A DNA stretch of 64,000 bases from Azolla caroliniana (Eukaryota > Plantae > Polypodiophyta): contig JBHGNT010000013.1 in the NCBI GenBank assembly GCA_043228905.1, positions 10,416,001-10,480,000 on the forward strand, in the 5' to 3' direction. The notes under the pieces were generated by a model that was given only the letters and a program-made list of their open reading frames with translations, had not been told where the DNA came from and did not search any database. The translations under genes and the position numbers were made by a program. Below are positions 12,901 through 26,213 of this stretch, one piece after another. Every line of letters starts with the position of its first letter. Positions within the stretch are counted from its first letter, which is position 1.

Positions 12901-14302
12901 AGCTGAGAGCAGGTATATCAAAATCAAACACCATTTCTTGGATAGAAATATGGAACTCTTCATTGATTCTCTGATTTATTTGACATTTAAATTCCATCAT
13001 ATTCTTATTTTTCAGGATCTGTTGATTTGAGAATCATAGGTGGTGGAGCTTCTAATAGCAACAGTAATTCTGGGTTTAAGGTATGGGAAGCACTTCTCAA
13101 AATTTAAACCTCAAGGAAATGTATGATATGGTAGAAAGGCATGCTAAACTCTAATAGTCTTCGTATTAATCACAAGCTTGTTTAATGGGGTGATGAACAA
13201 TGCAGGCATCTTTCTTGAGGAGGAAGACTACTTCAGGTTTTAACTCAGCTCAGAAGCAGAAGAAGCAGGGTGCTAATAGCAGCTCTGGTACACGCTCTTT
13301 CATATTTGGGCGTGATGATAGCAATAGCAGCCATGGCTGTGCAGATCACCAACAACGTGAAGCTATGGTATTCTTTCTTTCCATGTTCCTCACACATATT
13401 TACTAAATTCTTTAATGCAAATAATTTCTCATATCTTGAAGACCAATAGGGTTTTCTTTCTGTGAGTTTCATTTTTTTGTGTAGACAAGCATAATTGTTC
13501 TTGGGCCAAAGATTTTGGGATGTTATTTTTCATTTCTTAGCTGGTAAAAAAGCCTAGCATTCCAACTAGTATTATTCTTTGCTGATATTTTTGAACTTGG
13601 ACGTACTTACACAGAAATTTTGTTGTATTTATGAATATTAATAAGTTTCTATGTAAGTACAATCCAATCTGTTTTATGAACTTTTTGGAATCCCTGTTTT
13701 TTTATATATAGTTTTGGCAGATGAGAACCAATGTTTACATGGAGAACCCACTTTCATAGAGCAATAATAGCCCATTTAAGTGTAATCATGACATCTTTCA
13801 AGTGATCTGAATAGATTAATACATTTTGCTAGTGAATTTAGAGTTCAGTTCAGATCTAGACATTGATTGTAACCCTAATATGATGCATATTACTGTAACT
13901 TCCCCTAAAAAGGATAACAATCTATATGTTCACTTCTGACAATGATTTATTTTTATCTTCTGTTGGTAAAAATGTAATATATGTTAAGCCCTTGCTCTTT
14001 CTCACTGGATGCAGGTGAACAAGGAGAATCTTGAGCCACCATCATTATTGCCTACATCATCTTCCTCTTTTATCATGAAAAAGGTGGAAGCTACACCAAC
14101 AAGGAAAACTATGAATACCACCACATCAAGGCTAGCTAATAGCCCTTCATTGTTTGAGATATTGAGAGGTCAAAGCATATCAAACAATGATGCTCACTCT
14201 CCTCATGTATTGATGCAGCAGAAAACCTTCGAAATTTCTCCCATTTTCTCAGCTTTTAGACCTACAAAGGCAGCCACTGTGAACCGTTCTCTTCCCAAAT
14301 AA
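9986..14302 (+). CDS. Acidic nuclear protein, putative Claspin/Mrc1-like replication-fork protein, about 813 aa; exons 9986-10573, 10720-10774, 10898-10997, 11121-11280, 11498-11593, 11662-11724, 11827-11966, 12048-12663, 12804-12912, 13016-13080, 13206-13367, 14015-14302
   Basis: All 11 introns are GT-AG and the frame stays open (2442 nt). Motifs: EIHAASQRLLRE, KPISSVLEKIRLRK, DTQDLFS, two KEN boxes, LIDDEAEDED...LHRKWLEQQD and RSFIF. The gene structure is well supported; the function is inferred. Confidence 0.8.
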
Positions 14303-15474
14303 AATAGGTTTCATACATTAAGAAATGTGTACGTGACCAAGTCATGTCATGTATTCGTTCCCTTTCCTTAAATTTAATGCCCTGATTTGCTTTGAAGTGG
14401 TCTTTCATGAAGTCGATTTAGCTTCATTTCAGCCACAAGGTGAATTTGCAATCCCTAAGAAAAGATTGCTTAGCTATATAACCAAACTGTGCAACAGGAA
14501 AAAATGATCTCACAGGTGAGTTTTCAATCCCTACGAAAAGGATTGCTAAGCAATATCAACAAGCCTTGCGCCACACGAAATATGTTACTGTGCAGGAAAT
14601 GCCATGGCTGGACTGACGTTGAACTTGCTGGCTTATTATTGTTCTTCGGTCAAAGACCTAATATCATTCATTCTAAGCTCTGATTTATGAGGTGAATGTT
14701 TCCATTAAAAACATTGCCGATGTGTGAATTGATTGTAGCGTGGTTCTTTGTTTGATTGTTGATATGGGGTACATTATAAATATAGCCAAAAACATTATTT
14801 GATATATAAAAAGCAAAGCAAAGAAGATTAAAAAAAACACATAAAAGATTTCTTTTTGAGTTATTGATAGATGCCATTATGAACAAAATAGTGTCCAAGT
14901 TTCAACCATGGAGCACTAGCATTTGCTTAATGCAAATTCCTTGGTGAATGAGATTGTTTTTTGTAAATGCTAATGAATCATGGCTTAGGAGAGATGTTGA
15001 ATAAAACTACAATCTGAGTGTATTCATCTATACATGTTGGAGCTCCTGTCTACTCTACTCTACTCAGGTCATAAAGTTGATGTTACAGCTTTGTTAAAAG
15101 GACTTGTCAATTCTACATGGTTTACCTAGAGCAAATTTGTAAGAGTTACAATTTGTTGCAATGCATCATCTTCAGTCATGTTTTTTGTTTGCTCATAGCC
15201 TCTACATGTTTTGTCATAAACAAGTTTTCAAGTTGAGCCGACTTTGATTGCATTTTGTAACATGCCTACATATTTCTCTCATGTGCCCTTAATTTAACAC
15301 ATAAGTATCTCCTATTATTTTGCTAGTTTTAGTTATCACACAACCTAGAAATGATTGGGGTTGGATTGACAACATAACTTGAAAATTTTGCCATGCTTTA
15401 TTTTGTAACATTTAGTGGTCTATTCCTACACATTTTGCCATGCTTTGTGGAACGAGGAAATCGTACACATCGAT

Positions 15475-15783
15475 ACATGTTAGACCCCATACCGTTATCT
15501 GCCATTCGAACCATTGCTTCCATGCGACTTAGCTCACATGCATTGTGATGTGAGACATGGCATTGGGGCACAAGTCATGAGAGTGGTCGGCTATGCACAC
15601 TTTGCCCTAAACAAGTTCGTGAGTTTGAGTATCACACTTTGATACAATGCTATGCCTTTGATCATATTCGACCATGCTTTCCACATCTCTTCGACCGAGC
15701 CCAATCCTTGCATGAATTCCTCTCACAACTACAATGTGCACTCTCGATTGCAACATTCATTGGTAAAGTTCTTGAACATCAAG
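15475..15783. repeat. Dispersed repeat, copy 2 (direct copy of 4775-5090)
   Basis: Same collinear blocks as copy 1. Confidence 0.8.
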
Positions 15784-16450
15784 AGTCACTACTCACTTTC
15801 ACATGTATAACGTGAAATGTAATATTTTTGGTCTCATAGGTCATATTTGACCTCCTACGACGTTAATATAATCTCTCTCTCTCTCTCTCTCTCTCATGGT
15901 ATACCCTTACTTGAACACGTACAAGACTCATGGCATATGTTTCACAATAGATGTTGCAATATGTTTTGTATGTCTTCCTATGGATTTATTAGAAATTTGA
16001 TTGAAAAAAGCAATATTTCTTCAATTTCAATCCAAAGTGTATTCCCTTGATTACATAAAGCTTGTATGGAACATAAAATGGCAATGCTTTCACATAGTGG
16101 TTTATTGTGTAATGTTTTTATTGCCAAAGAAAATTTGCCCCCATTAAAGAAGAATTTCTTTTAAGAAAAAGTAAAAGTCTATCTTAGAATTGTAAAGAAT
16201 ATTAGATTGTAAGGGCACCATAGTTATTTTAGGTTTTATTGCCAAGATTAAGCTTCTTTTTTGGTAAGGGAAAGTCTATTGTGTTGAATAAATAAAAAAA
16301 AGTTAAAAGCATATCGTGTCTATTATAGAGATAGACATCATTTAGAAAGACACCATCCTTACATTTTCGATTCCTAAGTAACCAAAATTTCTTTTTATGA
16401 CCTTTTTCATGAAGCTATAAAACATGTCTATTATTTTCTACAACCATTGA

Positions 16451-16893
16451 TGTTACGAGCATGACCATATAATATCCCGTGGTGAGAATTTACCGTAGTA
16501 TTCTATACACGTGGATAAGTGTGAGGGTTAAACGAGAGTGTAAAGAAGGGGAGGATTACTTTTAATCCTCGGGATTGAGGCAACCCATTAGGCCAAGTGT
16601 GAACTTGCTTGGGGGCCTTGGGTATCGCTATAAATAAGAGGCCTATCTACCATCATTGGATCATCTTATTGACTACGTTGAGAATCTGTCTTGTGGTGGG
16701 TCAACTCTTGTAGCGAGCGCGCCAGCACTAGGTATGACTCGATGCCACAATGGTGGTATGGGACGCCGATCGAGGCTCGAGTCCGTCTCGGGGTGGTCGG
16801 GTGGATCGACACCCTTCTTTCTCTCTTTCCTTTCTATCTTTTTATCTATCTTTTATCCTTATCTAATGCTTACATTAGTTCATATCTCTAATA
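16451..16893 (+). repeat. 5' LTR of chromovirus (TG...TA)
   Basis: Direct repeat of 28494-28948, with TATA box TATAAATA at about 16629. Confidence 0.93.
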
Positions 16894-18365
16894 GTTGGTT
16901 TCAGAGCCTATGTTCTAATGTTTCTTTTGTTGTCTTGTTGATTGATGGTGATCGATCGATGTGCAGTCAACCTTGATCCAGACAACGATCAACAAAGGAA
17001 CTTCGGTAACTCTTTCCTTAATTTTTTTTCTATTTTTTTTTTCTCCTATCTAATCATGTGTATAGTCTATATGTAATTGTTTTCATTACTTCAATGATGT
17101 TGTAGTGGTAATTAATTGGTTGTATAAAACGTTTACATATATTGAATATGTGATTAATGTCGTATATGCACGAGGTTAATACCTCAATTGCGTATTACGC
17201 TCACATACATATGTTACGTATGCGTATGAGGTCAATACCTCGATTTCGTTGTAAATGATATGCATTTGGTCTCGTATGCCTAAGATGTCAATACCTCAAT
17301 TGCGTATCATGATGAACCCTTATTTTTGGATGTTTCGTGTGCGTAGAGGGTATATGCCTTGATTACGTATCTCGATTACATCATTTCTGGCTATTTGATG
17401 TAACGATTTGTTTAATGTACACATATGTAGTCATGTGTATATATATTTGATCGTATATATGTGATAAGTAAACATACGTGTATATTTGATATTACGTGAT
17501 TTCTATCGAATGTTGTCCTTGTCGGGAAAAAGATCTTGGTGGCCGTCCTCACATTTTTGTGAGAATGGGGTTTTCACCATGCCTTTTTCAACAATTTTTT
17601 GTTGACATCCCCGTTGGTCACTTCGATATTTCGTTACGTAATGAAACAATCATAGCCACAATGGTGTTGAGTACGTAAGGCTTAACCCACTTGATGTGAG
17701 GTCGCTCTTATGACACACATATTCAACATCCCTCCCTCATTACATGGATACGATGCCACCATGAGATCATTCTTACGAAAGGCATTCGTAATTACGAGAC
17801 TTGAGGTTAGGTAACGTACCAACATATTTTTTAGTAAATGAGGGGGAAATAAGGACTCATGACATATATGTTTCTTTTAAGAAAACATATATGGGCAAAT
17901 GCCTCGCATATCTCTTATACGCATAAAACATTAAACATTTAAGAAGAGCAACCTACTTGGTTGGCTCAAGTGATTAATGCATTTGTTCTCAAGGTCTCGA
18001 GGTCAAATATGACCAAGACCATACAACATTGTTGATACATATGACTATAACACATGTTTAGACTTGAGGTCTAAGTGTAGTTCGGGGTCCTCATAATAGG
18101 ACTTAAAGAGCCGAAACCACATATGTGGGCACTGAAACATAGTTTATTGTTAACATTTTTTTCGTGTATAAACTACTCATGATGCAGACATACATGGTTG
18201 AGCCTCGAGGAGCCACCATGAAAAATCGATATAGAGATCAGGGAAAGACATTCATTTGTCACCCCCATGGTTTTTAAAACACCTTTGTGTTACCATAGTA
18301 ACCTGATCTTGAACCTAATCTCATACGTCTAGAGGGGTATTGACGTGAGATCATGATATCGAATA

Positions 18366-20594
18366 ATGTTTGCCCATGATATGTTTACATCACGACATGA
18401 TATTATGACTACTTGTCTAACCTTATCCTATTTCTTTGCCAAAAATAACCATTCAATGGCTCAAAATAACGACCCGATGTCATCCGCTCAAGCGGAAGGA
18501 AATCAAGGAAATCCTCCTGGACAAATGTCAATTGAGATGTATTTTTCGCAAATAACCCAATACCTTAGTTTCATCGCTCAACAGATGCCCGACCTTCGGC
18601 AATCTCAAAGTGCTCTCAAGGCACGTGTCATTAGTTTACGACATGAGACTAATACACCTAATGAGCGACAAGGTGAGCCATCGTTTGTCGTTAAGCCATT
18701 TACGGGAGAAAAAAAGGAAAGAACCGAAGAAGCAATCTGCATGTGGCTGGGCTGATGGGAGTCTCATTTTGAGCTCTATCCCACGCCAGATAGTACGAAG
18801 ATTGCATATGTCGACCGAGAACTAGGGGGTAAGGCCGCCACTTAGTGGTGTGGGCTCCGAACTTTGGGGAAATTGCCCGATACCTGGACAGATTTTGTCA
18901 TAGTTTTTAAGGGCCAATTTCTACAACCTCCCTCTCGAACCGAGGCAGCTCAAGCTTTAATGAACCTCTCTAGCAGGAAATTTTCTTCGCTAGAAGACTA
19001 TGTCCACCATGCTAGAACCCAAATCCAAAAATCGGGTCTAGAAGGGGACAATTGGTTAATAGCTTGTTTTGTCAATGGCATCCCCAATTCAGACTATCAT
19101 TGGATAGTGCACGACAAGGATCCAAAATCCTTCGAAGAGGCCGTTGAAATAGTTCTTCGCTATCAACGCACTTCGAAGAAGGACCACAACAAACCCAACG
19201 AAGCGCCCGAGACTAAGTAGTCACAATTCGCTGGGAAACGCAAGACACCCAACAAATTCATGGATCACGATTGTAAGTGACAACATCCTTTTTGCATATT
19301 TTGCAAAAAGAAGGGTCATACAAAAGAGCAATGTTGAAAGCTCCAACGGAAAGAGCACGGCAACAAAGCTAATGTTGCAGACCATAAAGGTCAGATTCCT
19401 AATGTCCTTCAAGTCTATACACATCATTTAAGTAATTGTCAATGTTCTTTCCCTCACTATGTATTGGGTCCCAATGATTTAGTACGTGCAAACGGGTATA
19501 TCAATGGTTCTGCCGTACAATTTTTGTTTGATTCGGGAAGCTCACACAACTTTGTGAATGATCGTTTGGTTCAGATATGGGGAATCCAACCCACCGTAAG
19601 TGATCATACCTATACGGTGCACTTGGCTAATGGAAGAGTACAATACATCAACGGGGTGATTCATTCATTAGGACTTTCTATTGACACTTATATAGAGGAA
19701 GTAGACTTCCATGTAATGAATCTTTGTACCACTGATGTAATACTAGGTTATCCCTGGTCCTATAATAAAAACTCTTCTTTATCTATTGATTGGGTTCTTC
19801 ATTCAATTACATTTGTACTGAACGATTGTACTCATTTTATTCAATGTGTTAAAAAACAATCTCTTTCGATTGTTTCCTCTCCATCAATATCCACGTTGTC
19901 TTGTTCTACTCTATTTTATTGTGTACTTGATCCAGACATTCACGTTTACAATATCGATAATGTCTCGGTTCAATTAACATATTTTGAACAACAACAACTT
20001 GATGAAATCTTAAATGATTTTCGTTATGTTTTTCTGAGTGAACTACCAAATGGGTTACCTCCTAAACGTAATATAGACCATCATATAGATATTGTACTTG
20101 GCGTTGCACCAATAAGTATACCTCCTTATCGCTTAAGTCGATCCGAAGAGGATGAGGTATCTAAGCAACTCAAGGACTATTTACAAATGGGTTATATACG
20201 TTATAGTAAATCTCCATGGGGTGCACCAGTTCTCTCGGTTAAAAAGAAAGAGGGCACATGGCGTATGTGTATTAATTACCGACGCTTGAATAAAGTGACG
20301 ATCAAGAATTCGTATCCATTGCCCCAGGCTGACGATCTAATTGACCGTCTCCAGGGAGCTCGGTATTTTACGAAACTTGATCTCCGTACTGGCTACCATC
20401 AAATTCGTATAAGTGACGATGATGTTCCTAAAACGAAATTTCGTATGCACTATGACCATTATGAGTTTTTGGTTATGCCTTTTGGTTTTACCAATGCTCC
20501 GGCTACATTTCAACAAGAAATGAATGACATTTTCCGAGAACAACTTGGAAAATTTGTCGTTATTTTCTTGGATGATATTTTAGTTTATAGCCGT
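18366..20594 (+). pseudogene. Gypsy gag-protease-RT (N-terminal part), disrupted
   Basis: Gag remnants (VKPFTGE, LPDTWTDFVIVFKGQF, frameshifted CCHC knuckle), protease DSG, and RT motifs [21 protein letters not shown] and FLDDILVYS, interrupted at 20595. Confidence 0.92.
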
Positions 20595-21343
20595 TGTCGT
20601 GAAGAATTTCGGCCAGAGGCGGAAACCGGGGAATATCGGCTACATCGGCGGAGTGCACCATGTGCGCTCACCCTCGTATAATTGTGTGGATAATAGGAGT
20701 TAAGTCGGGACGAAGAATCCCATGTAAATCAGGATTTATCCCACATTGTAACGCATCCCTCTCCTTGTTCTATAAAATGAAGGGATGGTCCCTTGTAGAG
20801 GGGTTGCCCATTTTGTGTTAGAGGGTATACCGTTAGATTTAGGGTTAGTTCTTCTTCTTCTTCCTCCTCTTCCTCGCGGTGTCGGTTGACTATTGAGGGT
20901 TGTTTCTGCTCGGTCTCCTATGCAAGACCCCGCTCTGCATGACGAGCCCGAGAGCTCCCTGGACGGCGGCTTGGTTGTAGACTGTTGTTGTAACCTACCC
21001 TAGCTTGGTCTGGCTCGAAGCCGGGGTTGTATTCTTCCCCTTGTAATACTTACATTTGCGTCTGTCTGTGTATATTCGTGTCTCTGTTGGTGTCGGGTGC
21101 TTCCCCTTTCCTGCGTTTCCTGTACATAAGGGCGTGAGTCGAGTCGGCGTGCGTATGTGTGTGTGTGAGTCGGTGTCAAGCGCGCACTCCCTCTCTTTCT
21201 CTCTCTCGTTCGGTTTCTTCCGGAACGCACCCAAAATCGTCTTCTCGACTTCCCTTCTTCCCTAGTCCGAGACCCCTGTGGTCCCGCCCTTCTACACGCA
21301 CGCGCGAAACTTCGCGACACCTTTGGTGAACCCAACATGAAGA

Positions 21344-22309
21344 GTGGCAAAGGAGAATGGAGTCGGAAGACGACGACCTCGCGGAGATGGTGGCCGAGTG
21401 GTGTTGGAGTCTGCACGAGTGGTGATGAGGCGAGAAGAAGCGCAACAAGCGGGTGAGCAAGTGGTCGAAAGAGTCAGTCGTTTCAACGGGGACAAAGTCC
21501 CATCTTACTTGGAAGCCTACAACGCGGAAATGGAGGAGCGAGACGTGGACGAAGCGTTGAGGCTGGAGTTCTTCTGTCGGGTTGTCGCCGTCCGTATGCA
21601 CGCGGAAGTGAAGGAGCTTCGAGAAGCTCATAGTTCGTGGGAGGCCTTTGAAGAGGCGCTCCGGCAGGCATATGGAGGACGGTGGAAGAGCCGGGGACGG
21701 CACGACTTCGACTAGTGGGTAGCGTCGGCAAAGACCCACCGGGGCGCAACGAAGGCGTTCGGAGAGTTCGAGCGACGGCTTGCTCGGCTCCCGGAGCGGG
21801 AACAAGGTTTGGTGGGGGCGGACAAAGTCCTATTGTTCGTTAGGTCAATCGACCGAGCGGAACGGGAGGCCATCGGGATTGAGCTCGAAGACGATGAGGG
21901 AGCGAATGGGCTTACGGAGGACTGGTCGAAGGTCGGAAAGGTGTGCCAACGGCTGGACAATGAGCGGGCCGAGAAGGCTAAGAGGAAGGCACGCGACGGC
22001 ATGCCATCACAACGGGAAGAGGCAAAACGGCAAAGAGAGGCGGCAAGGGTCAACGTTGGGGCCAGGATTGCGGAGGCGTACGCAACTCTCGAGGCGATGC
22101 TCGAGGAAGAGGAAAGATCGAGGCCGCAAGCCGAGACTGAGGAGACGGTCCTGCCCCACGCGATGACGGAAGATCGGTACGACGGTACGACGGGAGAGGG
22201 TGCGGAACAAAATGCCCTCTCGACTTGCGGAAATAGAACGGCCAAGGACGAGGCCGAGATACCGATCGCGGGATCGGAACGTTGGAACCAGAGGTGTCGG
22301 GCGTGTTAG
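21344..22309 (+). pseudogene. gag-like remnant of nested element
   Basis: RFNGDKVPSYLEAYNAEM...SSWEAFEEALRQAYG and KVLLFVRSIDRAEREAIGIELEDDEGANGLTEDWSKV, separated by an in-frame stop at about 21713. Confidence 0.7.
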
Positions 22310-22892
22310 CCCGAAACCCCGGTCATTGGAGAAGCAAGCCCAAACGGGGCTTGCGGGATCAGTAAGGAGACGGCCGCCGACCACGAAGAGCCGGTGGCTA
22401 CGCACAAGGGCGTAAAACGGACGAGCGATTCCTTGCGTCTTCCCACGCTTGCTCCCGAGACGACAACAGTTGGGCCCGAGTGCCCACGTGAGCCCCAAGA
22501 GGAGGAAGGCGGCCGCAAGAGACCAAGAATCACCGGCGAGACGATACGGGGAAGGAGCGGACGAAAGCCCTCGAACCCGATTCCGGAGAACTCGGCGTTC
22601 GGGCCCTTAAGCCCAAGTGAGACCGAGGAGATGGATGACGGTATCGAGGAGTCCTGGCACAATGCCAGCGAAGATGGATGGGAGATGGCCCGCGAAAAGG
22701 TCGACGAAGAGACCAAGGGACGACCCGACCGGGGACCGAACCGCACGATGCTCCGATACGGGTGGAGCGTAATCCGGTCGTGGATTGTTCAATCAGGGCC
22801 GGATTCGGCATGAAGGTACCGATACAAGAGAGGGTGCGGGACGAGCCGCCCTCTTTTACATGGGGAGAAAGACCGATCGGGCGAAGGTCGGG

Positions 22893-23252
22893 AATTGGAA
22901 GGAAGGTGATCAAAGGTTCGGAACGAGTCTGGCAAGGTCGGCATCGGAGCCGAAACTCCGGACATTGGAGAATCAAGCTCAGGCGGGCTTGATTGATCAC
23001 AGAGCGGATGCTATCCAACGACACCACTAAAAGGGGTGGTAGCCCAGAATAGTCTCCGAAAGACGTTGAGAAATTGGAAGGAAGGTGATCAAAGGTTCGG
23101 AACGAGTCTGGCAAGGTCGGCATCGGAGCCGAAACTCCGGACATTGGAGAATCAAGCTCAGGCGGGCTTGATTGATCACAGAGCGGATGCTATCCAACGA
23201 CACCACTAAGGGGTGGTAGCCCAGAATAGTCTCCGAAAGACGTTGAGAAATT
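22893..23252. repeat. Near-perfect 179-bp tandem duplication inside nested element
   Basis: AATTGGAAGGAAGGTGATCAAAGG...GACGTTGAGAAATT starts at 22893 and again at 23072. Confidence 0.95.
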
Positions 23253-26213
23253 AGTTACGCCACATCTTATCCTGAGACTTCGGCTGTTCGGCCGACGGGG
23301 CAACGTAAGACCGAAAGAGATGGAAGATTGAGGAGGGAATGCAGCAAGGAGAGCGACGACGAGTTACGGAGAAGACGGGGGGATCAAGAGGAGAACGAAG
23401 ACCGGTCCCATAAGATCCTCACACCAATACGGTTGTCGGCCCGAGTGCCGACGTGAGTCCTATAGGAGAGATCGGTGGCGACAGGAGAACGGGACCCGAC
23501 AATTCGGAGAATGACGAACGGACCCGGGCGAAGCGGACTCCCGGATAACCATTCCAGGAGGGAGGAAGAGAGCAGGCCTACGAAGAGGCCGGGAACACGT
23601 TACGTCGGTACCACAGGAGAGGGTGTGGAGCAAGCCACCCTCTCAACTTACAGAAGAAGGAAGACCCGGGATAAGGGTCAAGGATACGAGGAGCCCCAGG
23701 AGGATCCTTCACACCGGGTCTAGAAACTTCAGCAGTCGGCAGCGCGATCGGCGTAAGACCAAGATACTGACGATGGCGGCGGGGGGGGACGAAGGCAAAG
23801 AACTGAGGGCGGGCAAACCAAGGTCCCACGAAGATCCTCACACCGACCCGACGGTCGGCCCGAGAGCCGGCGTGAGTCCTATAGGAAAGGACGGTGGCGG
23901 CAGGTGAACGTGTTCGGACGACGGAAAGTGGAGAAGGAAGGTATCAGGCTGGCAAAGTGGCTACGAACCGAATCGGACCGACCGGCAAGGTCACGAGCAT
24001 AAGGAAGTCCGGTCCTACGGGATCCCCACACCGAACCAAGGACTTCGGCAGTTCGGCCAACGTGGCAACATGAGACCGAGAGAGAAGGTTGGTGGCGGCG
24101 GGAAACGGGACCCGGCAGCACGAAGGCAGGAACCGGCTACGCGGAAGACACGAGGAGAGTCGCGAAGGACTCCAGCAAAAGATACCCGAATTACGGCAAG
24201 CAGAGAAACGGAGTCAGGTCCTATGGGACCCTCACACCGATCCGGAGACTCCGGCAGTTTGGCCAACGTGGCTACGTGAGACCTAGGGAGAAGGACGGTG
24301 GTGGCAGGGAACAGGACCCGTCGACACAAGATAGCAGATCGGGAGTCGGTAAGACGGGGCTGGACGAAGTGCGAAACCCTTACCGGCCGGTTACAGTTTC
24401 GGAAGAAGCCGGTAGGGGCAAACACGAGGAGGTGTGTCGGGCTGAAAAGGGACAGCTGGGGCGGAACAAAAGTCTCGCAAGTGGCCGTCGCGGGCCGGAT
24501 CGAAGCGTGACTACGGGGCGGTGCCGAACAAAGGAAGCGGAAGACGGCACAAGGGAGGTGCCGGGAACGAGGTGACAGGTGCATAGTGGATTGCATAGGG
24601 CCGGAGTCAGGGGATGACAAGAGAGGCCGGAGGAGGATCCTCCACACTCGCTTTGTAGAACTCGGTTGCTCCGTCGAAGTAGCGAAGACTGACACGGCAA
24701 GCCCGGGGGTGACAAGCTGGTGGGGGCGAGGGGACGACGGCAAGCGGAAGACTCGGGACCTGTTGCAGCAGCACGAAAACGGGAAGGGCCAAGCGGGCTA
24801 CTACGGGGTGTTCCTAGGATGTGGAGGACACCGGTATGCGAATGAGCGGCGATGCACGATCTGGCTGGGAAAGGGGCTAACAAGGCGTGCAATGAGCCGG
24901 AGTACGACACAACCAGTGCCAAACAACGGATGAGGGTATGCGGCACACGGAGGTGCCAGAGTGGAAAGGCGGGCGCAAAGATGGGTTGCGCGGTTCGGAG
25001 GAAGCGCGTAGAAGGCCAAAGAAGGATCCTCCACACCGTTCCAGAGACCATGGCGGTTTGAGCCGACGTGGCGACGTAAGACCATGGAGAAGGAAGGTGG
25101 CGGCCGGAAGACGAAGGCAACACGAAACAACATGGGACGGCAATCAGGACGACACGAATGGTCGACCGAGGCCAAGCGGGCCACTATGGGCGTTCCTCAA
25201 GTGGAGGACATCGGGCATACAGCGGGAAGCGGGGCGTGCATACGGCCGAACAAGGGCCAACGGAAGTACGTGTACTACGGAGATCGCGGCGAAGGACCCA
25301 TGGATGGGTTGAACGAGCCTACGGGGAGGTAAGCACGAAGGAAGAACTGAAGCCGACGGTTCAAACCGACAGCGAGCTTGGATGCGGACTACGGAAGACT
25401 GGTTTCTCACCGGCCGAAATCTCTCACCCTTCACCGGATTTGGCACGTACCGATGGACGTGCGGTTTGGTGGGGGCGGATGTCGTGAAGAATTTCGGCCA
25501 GAGGCGGAAACCGGGGAATATCGGCTACATCGGCGGAGTGCACCATGTGCGCTCACCCTCGTATAATTGTGTGGATAATAGGCGTTAAGTCGGGACGAAG
25601 ACTCCCATGTAAATCAGGATTTATCCCACATTGTAACGCATCCCTCTCCTTGTTCTATAAAAGGAAGGGATGGTCCCTTGTAGAGGGGTTGCCCATTTTG
25701 TGTTAGAGGGTATATCGTTAGATTTAGGGTTAGTTCTTCTTCTTCTTCCTCTTCCTCGCGGTGTCGGTTGACTATTGAGGGTTGTTTCTGCTCGGTCTCC
25801 TATGCAAGACCCCGCTCTGCATGACGAGCCCGAGAGCTCCCCGGATGACGGCTTGGCTGTAGATTGTTGTTGTAACCTACCCTAGCTTGGTCCGGCTCGA
25901 AGCCGGGGTTGTATTCTTCCCCTTGTAATACTTACATTTGCGTCTGTCTGTGTATATTCGTGTCTCTGTTGGTGTCGGGTGCTTCCCCTTTCCTGCGTTT
26001 CCTGTACATAAGGACGTGAGTCGGGTCGGCATGCGTATGTGTGTGTGTGAGTCGGTGTCAAGCGCGCGCTCCCTCTCTTTCTCCCTCTCTTTCTCCCTCT
26101 CTTTCGGTTGCTTCCGGAACACGCCCGAAATCGTCTTCTCGGCTTCCCTTCTTCCCTAGTCTGAGACCCCCGTGGTCCCACCCTTCTACACGCACACGCG
26201 AAACTTCACGACA

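Larger units (their letters stand above)
20595..26213 (+). mobile_element. Nested non-autonomous (gag-only) LTR retrotransposon with tRNA-Trp PBS and 4-bp TSD CCGT
   Basis: LTRs at 20595-21319 and 25480-26213 with inverted termini TGTCGTGAAG/CTTC(A/G)CGACA. CCGT flanks both ends, and removing the element restores host RT VYSRTLQEYAKH. PBS TGGTGAACCCAACATGAA at 21324-21341 and PPT GGTGGGGGCGGA. No RT or integrase motifs were seen. Confidence 0.95.

Noticed and set aside
17160-17380. Four degenerate repeats of about 57 bp in the gypsy 5' UTR
   Set aside because: Real, but ordinary for LTR-element leaders.
21000-25590. Many overlapping ORFs on both strands in the nested element
   Set aside because: Expected from GC-rich repetitive DNA. 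No recognisable domains beyond the gag remnant.
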